From NCBI GenBank assembly GCA_963677895.2, contig CAXXGJ010000017.1:1-64000 (forward strand): a DNA stretch of 64,000 bases. The letters run 5' to 3'. The DNA is from Treponemataceae bacterium (GTDB lineage: Bacteria; Spirochaetota; Spirochaetia; Treponematales; Rectinemataceae). Every line of letters starts with the position of its first letter. The first letter of the stretch is position 1. Shown piece by piece: positions 57,308 through 64,000 of this stretch. The notes under the pieces were generated by a model. It saw nothing but the letters and a program-made list of their open reading frames with translations, did not search any database and had not been told where the DNA came from. A program made the translations under genes and the position numbers.

Positions 57308-58066
57308 ATGGAATTCCAATTGCGGCGTTTCGCGACGGTCGGTTCCACGATGGATATCGCGAGAAGTCTCATCGCCAGCGAGACAGAATCCGGGTTGATC
57401 ATCACGGCGGATGCGCAGACGGCGGGCAGAGGAAGGATCGAGGGCAGATCCTGGGAAGCCGGTCCAGGTACCTCGTTGCTCATGACCCTCTGCCTGAAAG
57501 GCGACTTTTCCGCCGCGATAGCCCCCTCCTTGAGGATCGGCCTTGCCGTCCATGATGTCCTGTCCAAGTATGCGCCCTCCCGTATCCTCATCAAATGGCC
57601 GAACGACATTCTGGGGCTGAGCGTCGTCGAAGATGACGCTCAGCCCCGCTTCAGGAAGCTGGGCGGCCTTCTCTGCGAGACGACGGGAGGCTGGCTGCTG
57701 GCGGGCATAGGGATCAATCTGAGGAAGGAATCCTATCCTGAGACGCTGAAGGAAAAGGCCATAAGCCTCGTTGAAGTCGCCGGTATCATGCCGGAACCCG
57801 ACAGGCTGGCCTCAGCCCTGGCGATAGCCATAGCGGAAGCGGCCGTGAGCCGGCTGGAGGACAAGGCCTGGCGCGAGGATTACGAAAAGGCGTTGTGGGG
57901 TATGGGCGAGGAGATCGGTTTCAGAGTCGGGCATCCCGAGCGCGGCGACGAGAAAAAGGGAAAAATCCGGGGCATCGACGGTTCGGGACGGCTTCTGCTC
58001 CTTGGGGAAAAAGGCGAAGCCGAGGCTTTCTGGTCGGGGGAGATTTCAAGCCTGAAGAGTGTTTAG
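57308..58066 (+). CDS. birA: Biotin--protein ligase without HTH
   Basis: STMD, QTAGRGR, IKWPNDI, KLGGLL, GIGIN. Confidence 0.9.
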   Translation: MEFQLRRFATVGSTMDIARSLIASETESGLIITADAQTAGRGRIEGRSWEAGPGTSLLMTLCLKGDFSAAIAPSLRIGLAVHDVLSKYAPSRILIKWPNDILGLSVVEDDAQPRFRKLGGLLCETTGGWLLAGIGINLRKESYPETLKEKAISLVEVAGIMPEPDRLASALAIAIAEAAVSRLEDKAWREDYEKALWGMGEEIGFRVGHPERGDEKKGKIRGIDGSGRLLLLGEKGEAEAFWSGEISSLKSV

Positions 58067-58073
58067 CGGCTTC

Positions 58074-58129
58074 GGGAAGGGCCGCCTTGTAAAAGACCGC
58101 TATGAAAAGGCCGCCTAGGAAAGGCCGCT
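58074..58129. repeat. Degenerate 13-15 nt tandem repeat x4 between convergent genes
   Basis: gggaagggccgcct tgtaaaagaccgct atgaaaaggccgcct aggaaaggccgct. Confidence 0.6.
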
Positions 58130-58134
58130 CTGGA

Positions 58135-59061
58135 TCAGGCCGCGAAACCATCCTCCATCGCCTTGATCGCGAGAAGGAGAATTTGGTTTATGGGCGCCGA
58201 CAGTCCGCATTCGCGCGATTTTTCCACGACGACGCGGGCGAAGGCTTCCACCTCCGTCTTCCGCCCCGCCTCCACATCCTGAAGCATGGACGTTTTGCCG
58301 TTTTCATTCAAATTGTCTATAGTCGCGAAGATAGTGTCGATATCCTCGGGGACGAGGCCCTTACCCAGGGCATCGGACAGCGCGATCACTTCCTTCATCG
58401 TCTCAGTTAGAAGCAGCCTGGCCGGAACGCTCTTCTGGAACAGGCCATAGGAGCCGCGGATGAGGGCTGACCATTGATTCAAGGCGACGTTGATCATGAA
58501 TTTGTACCAGAGAACCCTGGCCATATCAGGAGGCGTCGTGTGCCGGATGTTATGGGCATCGAAGAAGCGCGAAACCGACGTTATGCGATTTTCCGAAGCC
58601 TCCGGAAAGTCCTTTTCGAAGCCGAATCGAATTTCTCCCGGGGATTTGAATTCAATGCTGTTGCCCACCCGCAAGGCATCGATGGCTATTATGATGGCTA
58701 AAGGCACTTTTTCCCGGCCAAATTCGGTGCGAAGGATTTCTTCGCTCGATATGCCGTTGAGAAGCGACAGGATCGTCGTGTCCGGACCTACAAAGGGGCG
58801 CATCTCCTCGATCGCCCCGGCCAGTCCGTCGGTCTTCACCGATACGATGACGAGGTCGTAGGGCCCATCGACGGCGGCGTCGGCGATCCGGAAGGAATAG
58901 TGCTTTTCGTTGACGATGAAGCCTTCGCGAAGATAGCGTTCCTTGCGTTCTCCCGCGGCGCAGAGGGCTACCGCCTCGCTGTTTATGTCGAATAGTATCG
59001 AGGCCACCGCCGCCCCGATGGCGCCGGCGCCGACGACCAAGGCCGATTTGATTTCCTTCAT
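58135..59061 (-). CDS. panE: Ketopantoate reductase family protein
   Basis: VGAGAIG, SLLNG, WYKFMIN, TSMLQDVEAGRKTEVE. Confidence 0.85.
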   Translation of the reverse strand: MKEIKSALVVGAGAIGAAVASILFDINSEAVALCAAGERKERYLREGFIVNEKHYSFRIADAAVDGPYDLVIVSVKTDGLAGAIEEMRPFVGPDTTILSLLNGISSEEILRTEFGREKVPLAIIIAIDALRVGNSIEFKSPGEIRFGFEKDFPEASENRITSVSRFFDAHNIRHTTPPDMARVLWYKFMINVALNQWSALIRGSYGLFQKSVPARLLLTETMKEVIALSDALGKGLVPEDIDTIFATIDNLNENGKTSMLQDVEAGRKTEVEAFARVVVEKSRECGLSAPINQILLLAIKAMEDGFAA

Positions 59062-59075
59062 GCGTACTCCTGCGC

Positions 59076-60347
59076 TCAGATGCGGTATTTTCCCAGCCGG
59101 CCCTCAAGACGATTCGGGATTCTGCACCGGACGATCGTCCTGTCGTCCTCGGTCTTCTCTTCGATGATGGATCCCTCGCGATGGATAAGGGGGATCAGGG
59201 AATATTCCGAATGCGGGATGGCGAGCAGGACTTCCTCCATGTCGGAAGTAAGGCTTTTTTCTATGAGCAGAGCGAGACTGTCGAGTCCATGTCCCGTTTT
59301 GGCGGAGACCGCCAGGCCCTCGGGGTGCATTCGCTTCCACTGTTCCAGAGCCGCGGGCTCGGCGATATCGATCTTGTTGAGCACGAGAATCCTGGGCAGC
59401 TCGGCGGCGCCTATCTCGGCGAGGACTTTTTCGGTCGTGGCCATATGGATCTCTACTTCGGGATCGGAAGCGTCCGCGACGTGGATAAGGAGATCCGAAG
59501 CCGAGGCTTCCTCGAGCGTGGCCTTGAAGGCATCGACCAGGTTGTGGGGAAGGTTGCGCACGAAGCCTACGGTATCGGTGAGGAGAAGCGTGGCTCCGGA
59601 CTTGAGGATGAGCTTGCGCGTCGTGGGATCGAGGGTCGCGAAGAGCTTGTCCTCGGCGAGCACGTTGGCCGTGGTCAGGGCGTTCAGAAGGCTGGACTTG
59701 CCCGCGTTCGTGTATCCGACGATGGCCGCCCTCGGCAGTTCGATGCGTTCCCGCCGTCTGCGCTGGACTTCGCGCGACTTTTTCACATCCTTCATTTCTT
59801 CCTTGATTTCATGAATTCTGTGTTCTATCGAACGGCGGTCCAGTTCGATCTTCTGTTCGCCGGAACCCTTCGTGCCGTAGCGGCCGCCGCGCTGGCGAGA
59901 AAGGTCCTCGTAGGAATGAGCCAGCCGCGGCATGGCGAATTCAAGTTGCGCGAGTTCGACCTGGAGCCCGGCTTCCCTGGTCAGCGCCCTTGAGGAGAAT
60001 ATTTTGATGATGAGTTCCGCCCTGTCGTAGACTTTCTTGCCCGAAAGTTTCTCCCAGTTTCTCTGCTGGCTGGGGCTGATGGGGTGGTCGAAAACAATGG
60101 AATCCACGTTGTCCGATTTGGCGATGGCCACGATCTCGTCGGCCTTGCCGGTGCCTACGAGGAGGCTGGCCGTCTTTTCGCGGAGCTTGACGGAAATGGA
60201 GTCGACAACCTCGAGACCGAGCGTCTTGGCGAGGCTGCCGAGCTCGTGAAGGAGGCTCAAAGCCTCCTCCTTCTTGACCGCGTCGATTTCTATGCCGACG
60301 AGAAGCGCCCGCTCAGCCTTGGGGCGCGGATCGAAATATTCGTTCAT
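59076..60347 (-). CDS. hflX: GTPase HflX
   Basis: QVELAQL, GSGEQKIELDRR, GYTNAGKS, LFATLDPT, DTVGF, NKID. Confidence 0.97.
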   Translation of the reverse strand: MNEYFDPRPKAERALLVGIEIDAVKKEEALSLLHELGSLAKTLGLEVVDSISVKLREKTASLLVGTGKADEIVAIAKSDNVDSIVFDHPISPSQQRNWEKLSGKKVYDRAELIIKIFSSRALTREAGLQVELAQLEFAMPRLAHSYEDLSRQRGGRYGTKGSGEQKIELDRRSIEHRIHEIKEEMKDVKKSREVQRRRRERIELPRAAIVGYTNAGKSSLLNALTTANVLAEDKLFATLDPTTRKLILKSGATLLLTDTVGFVRNLPHNLVDAFKATLEEASASDLLIHVADASDPEVEIHMATTEKVLAEIGAAELPRILVLNKIDIAEPAALEQWKRMHPEGLAVSAKTGHGLDSLALLIEKSLTSDMEEVLLAIPHSEYSLIPLIHREGSIIEEKTEDDRTIVRCRIPNRLEGRLGKYRI

Positions 60348-60398
60348 ATGCTACCTACCGGATATAGAATACCATATCGGCACGGAAAAACCCAGCTG

Positions 60399-61952
60399 TC
60401 AGCGACGGCTATTCACTCCCCAGGCATCCAGCCTGCGCCGATGAACGCTCATTCTCGCGAGGAAATCCGGATAATTGCGTCGCGCTTTTGGAGTCCAGAA
60501 TACCTCCGCGAGGGCGCAGAGCCGAGGAAACAGCATATACTCGGCCTGTCTCCCGAAACAAAGGAGTTCGCTCCACAAATTCCCCTGCGCGCCGATTATC
60601 CTCTCCTCCTGGCCAGGATCGATCCCCTGCGGGACAGGGTCGAAGGCATAGCAGTCTTCGAGCGTGCAAACACCCAACTGCCCAGGTTCCTCGGGCTCCT
60701 CTGTCTGTTTATGATCCAGATAACAGGCCTTCGTCTGTGGGCAGGCCACCACATCGAAACTGGCATTCGCTGCCGCGGCGATTCGGCCTTCGTTCCTCCA
60801 TGCCATGACGACCGAATCCCGCCCTAGGGTCTCGTTCATGATCTCATCCCAGCCGATCATCCGCCTTCCCCGCGCCGCGAGCATATCAGCCATTCTTCCC
60901 ATGAACCACGCCTGGAGCCGTTCCGGATCAAGCTCTCCCTTTTCGTCACGGAAATTCAACGTTTCCATCCTCGATACGCAGCGAGGGCAGGTTCTCCACT
61001 TTCCCTTGGGAGCTTCATCGCCCCCCATATGCACATAGGGACCGGGAAATAGCGCACAGACCTCGTCCAACACCCTGCCGATGAAGCTGAAGACATCATC
61101 GTTGCCGGCACAGAGAATATCGTCGAAGACGCCGAAACGATCCTCTGGCTTGAAAACCTTATCGGCATCGGCGGCCCCGGCGCAGGAGAATTCCGGATGC
61201 GACGCGAGGAGGGCTACCGCATGGCCAGGCGTCTCAATCTCCGGGACGATCGTTATGTGGCGGATTCGCGCATATTCCACGATGCGCGCTATATCGGCCA
61301 CGCCGTAGCTTCCCGCGCGCCATAGCGGTAGGTTGTATCGCCCATCGAGCCTACGGGATCCGATTTCCGCCGCCTCAGGGGCGAACGACAACTCGAGGCG
61401 CCACGCTTGATCATCGGTCAGATGCCAGTGGAGCGTATTGAGCTTGTGGAGGGCGGCGAGATCGAGCATTTTTTCGATGAAGGCTATGCCGAAATAGCTG
61501 CGCGCCGTATCGAGCATCAGCCCTCTCCATGCGAAGCGGGGGTAATCCTCGATCGTCGCGGCCGGAATCCGCCCTTTCCCGGAGAGCGCGAGTTGGGCGA
61601 TGCTGGACGCGCCGCGCACGACTCCCGCGGCGCCCTCGGCGAGCAGGCGGATTCCGGCCGGCTCGATGTCGATCTTGTGCCATTCCTCCCCGCCGACCTT
61701 CCCTCTTTTTGAAATGAAAAGCCGAGGTTCCCGCGAAGACAGGGAGGAGGAAACCTCATCGTCGATCTCGACGGGAAAGCCTTTGATCAGCGCCCTTTCC
61801 AGCCATTCCGAAAGGAGCCGGGCTTCATCGAGCCAGTCGAACGGCGCGACGATAGAGCAGCCGTGCGATATATCGCAGATGCCACGCCGCTCCCGATAGA
61901 AGGCGGGCGCCGGCACAAGGCCGCCGCACCTCGACTTTTTTTTATAGTTCAT
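60399..61952 (-). CDS. GH20 beta-N-acetylhexosaminidase
   Basis: PRFAWRGLMLDTAR, HWHLTDDQAWR, PEIETPGH, HMGGDE, LWSE. Confidence 0.92.
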   Translation of the reverse strand: MNYKKKSRCGGLVPAPAFYRERRGICDISHGCSIVAPFDWLDEARLLSEWLERALIKGFPVEIDDEVSSSLSSREPRLFISKRGKVGGEEWHKIDIEPAGIRLLAEGAAGVVRGASSIAQLALSGKGRIPAATIEDYPRFAWRGLMLDTARSYFGIAFIEKMLDLAALHKLNTLHWHLTDDQAWRLELSFAPEAAEIGSRRLDGRYNLPLWRAGSYGVADIARIVEYARIRHITIVPEIETPGHAVALLASHPEFSCAGAADADKVFKPEDRFGVFDDILCAGNDDVFSFIGRVLDEVCALFPGPYVHMGGDEAPKGKWRTCPRCVSRMETLNFRDEKGELDPERLQAWFMGRMADMLAARGRRMIGWDEIMNETLGRDSVVMAWRNEGRIAAAANASFDVVACPQTKACYLDHKQTEEPEEPGQLGVCTLEDCYAFDPVPQGIDPGQEERIIGAQGNLWSELLCFGRQAEYMLFPRLCALAEVFWTPKARRNYPDFLARMSVHRRRLDAWGVNSRR

Positions 61953-63280
61953 AGCCGGCGATGACATCGCGATAATAATAGAAACTGTCTTTTGGCGTTC
62001 TGACGAAGGTATGGGGATCGACTGCCACGATGCCGAATTTCCGGCTGTACCCGCAAGCCCATTCGAAATTGTCCATGAGCGTCCAAGCGAAATATCCCTT
62101 CAGTGGAACGCCGTCGCCTATCGCGTCCCTACAAGCCTCAAAATGGCCGCGGAAATATTCTATTCTCTTCGTATCGCGAATTCTTCCCGAATCGCAGGAG
62201 ACATCGGAAAATGCCGCGCCATTCTCGGTGATGTAAAAAGCCTTCGGGGACCATTCTCCGTCGATGAAGCCAAGAATCCGCCTCAACCCCTGAGGTACGA
62301 CTTCCCAACCCATCTCCGTCTTCTCCTGCCAGCTTTTCGCTGCAGCATAACCGAGCGGGTTGCCAGGGCCTTTTGGAGCCGCCGTAACGGCATTCTCGCC
62401 GTAGTAGTTGATGCCGATAAAGTCCAGCGGCGCGGCGATGATATCCATATCGCCGGGTTCTATGGGAAAAACGGCGCCTGTCGCGTCCATATATTCTTTG
62501 GGATAGCCCCTCCCGTACAGCGGATCGAGCCACAGCGCCGTGCGCTCGAGCGACGCGCGCCAAGCCGCTGCAGCGTCCTCGGGCCCGCGGGTAGCGGGCC
62601 TCGGCGCGTCGGGATTGACGATGATGCCGAATTCGCCCCCTAAGCCGCTTTGCCTGAAGGATCTGTCGGCGAGCCCATGCGCCAGAAGGAGATGATGGAC
62701 GGCCTTATATGCCGCTCTGTCATCCTTCAGGCCAGGGGCATGTTCCCCATCCCTGTAACCGAGAAATGCCGAGCACCATAACTCGTTGAAGCTCGCCCAG
62801 TGCTTAACCCTTGCGCCGAGATGACGATACACTATGCTCGCATATTCATCGAAACGGAAGGCGGTATCCCTCTCCCGCCAGCCCCCTTTCCTCTCGAGCC
62901 CGAGAGGAAGATCCCAGTGGTAGAGGGTGACCCACGGCTCGATGCCAGCTTCAAGAAGTGCGTCGACGAGGCGTGAATAATAGTCCAGACCTTTAGCGTT
63001 GGGCGCGCCCTTTCCATCGGGCTGAATCCTTGGCCACGCGATGGAAAACCTATACGCGCCTACGTTGAGCGATTTTAGAAGCGAAACGTCCTCGCCATAG
63101 CGATGATAAGAATCGCAGGCGCCTGATCCGTCGCTTCCATCGGCGATTTTTCCCGGCATCCGGCAAAAATCATCCCATATCGATAAACCTCTTCCGTCTT
63201 CATCGACCGCCCCCTCTATCTGATAACTTGCCGTGGAGCAGCCCCATAAAAAATCAGGCGGAAAGTTTTTTTTCGCACAT
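61942..63280 (-). pseudogene. GH1 beta-glucosidase whose SD-linked ATG is out of frame because of an A8 run
   Basis: FPPDFLWGCSTASYQIEG N-terminal signature is in frame from 63264; FNE and ITENG catalytic motifs; GGAGG-N5-ATG at 63280 reads ATG TGC GAA AAA AAA CTT TCC GCC TGA; one fewer A restores MCEKNFPPDFLWG. Confidence 0.75.
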
Positions 63281-63299
63281 TTAATCCTCCGCTTCGCGT

Positions 63300-64000
63300 T
63301 CAGCCTTTTATGGCGCCAGATGCGACACCTTTCGTGATCTGTTTGTGGAACGCGATATAGAAAAGAAGCATTGGGATCATTCCGATGGTCAGCGCGGCGA
63401 ACTGTTTCCCGTAATCGGTCGACAGGGAGCCAGAGAATTTATAGATGCCGAGAGGCAACGATTTCAATTCCGTCCTTGAGACGAGAATGTTGATGAGCGC
63501 GAACTCATTCCAAATGGAGGCTATGTTCAAGATCGCAAGGGTCGTGACCACGGGAACGCTCATCGGCAGGATTATCTTCATGAATATCGAGAAAAAGCCG
63601 GCGCCATCAATGCGGGCCGACTCGACGACTGCGGAGGGAATCGATCGGATGTATTCCGTGGCGAAATAAATGCCGATAGGCAGTCCGCAGCCGATGTAGA
63701 CGAGGAACACCGCCAGCCGCGTGTTGTAAATCCCGAACAGGTTCATTTCAAGGAACAGCGGAATCATCAATGTCTGTGTGGTGAGTAGAATACCTATGAT
63801 GAAGCTGTTGTAGATAGGCTTGGTGGCGCGCGACCTCAGCTTCGCAAAAGCGAAACCCGCCATGAGGGAAAGAAAGATGATGCCGATCGTGGAAATACCC
63901 GTGTAGATGAGGGAATTCGGGAACAGCAAGGCGAAATCGCCCATTTTCCAGGCTTCGACGTAGTTTCGCAGCGTCGGGTTCTTAGGAAACCCTAACTGGC
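63300..64000 (-). CDS. Carbohydrate ABC transporter permease (MalG-like), 5'-truncated by window edge
   Basis: PTLRNYVEAW...NSL, ESARIDGA EAA motif, WNEF, GAIKG. Confidence 0.92.
   Translation of the reverse strand, partial: QLGFPKNPTLRNYVEAWKMGDFALLFPNSLIYTGISTIGIIFLSLMAGFAFAKLRSRATKPIYNSFIIGILLTTQTLMIPLFLEMNLFGIYNTRLAVFLVYIGCGLPIGIYFATEYIRSIPSAVVESARIDGAGFFSIFMKIILPMSVPVVTTLAILNIASIWNEFALINILVSRTELKSLPLGIYKFSGSLSTDYGKQFAALTIGMIPMLLFYIAFHKQITKGVASGAIKG

Noticed and set aside
21195..58129. Short intergenic repeats as CRISPR arrays
   Set aside because: Units are 9-16 nt, degenerate, lack unique spacers, and no cas genes are present.

Overview
A 64 kb, GC-rich chromosomal segment, most likely from a free-living anaerobic spirochaete. 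The assignment rests on a class I LysRS, the murB/cysS/ECF-sigma/anti-sigma cluster, and an rpoS-like sigma–divergent polysaccharide deacetylase–tsaD run. About 50 CDS are present, mostly housekeeping: cysS, murB, rpmB, ffh, ftsI-like PBP, tsaD, lysS, ndk, adk, dnaE, glmS, birA, panE, hflX, a liv-type ABC transporter and a sugar ABC/GH1/GH20 operon. I saw no rRNA, tRNA, CRISPR array, prophage or IS element. Most notable observations: (1) a consensus sigma54 promoter directly upstream of an RpoS-like sigma factor in Borrelia-like synteny, suggesting an RpoN→RpoS cascade outside Borrelia; (2) a HydABC-type [FeFe]-hydrogenase whose HydB has its C-terminal ferredoxin domain replaced by a complete GltD/Nfn-type NADP(H) flavoprotein module; (3) at least nine genes with a -10 box 6–10 nt before the start codon and no Shine-Dalgarno, implying common leaderless transcription; (4) a split, coupled DOMON + four-His cytochrome b561 pair; (5) a 2241-aa barrel/16-Ig-repeat/OmpA envelope protein; (6) two apparent pseudo-enzymes/transporters and two homopolymer frameshifts. 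All calls are by eye from motifs; no database searches were run.
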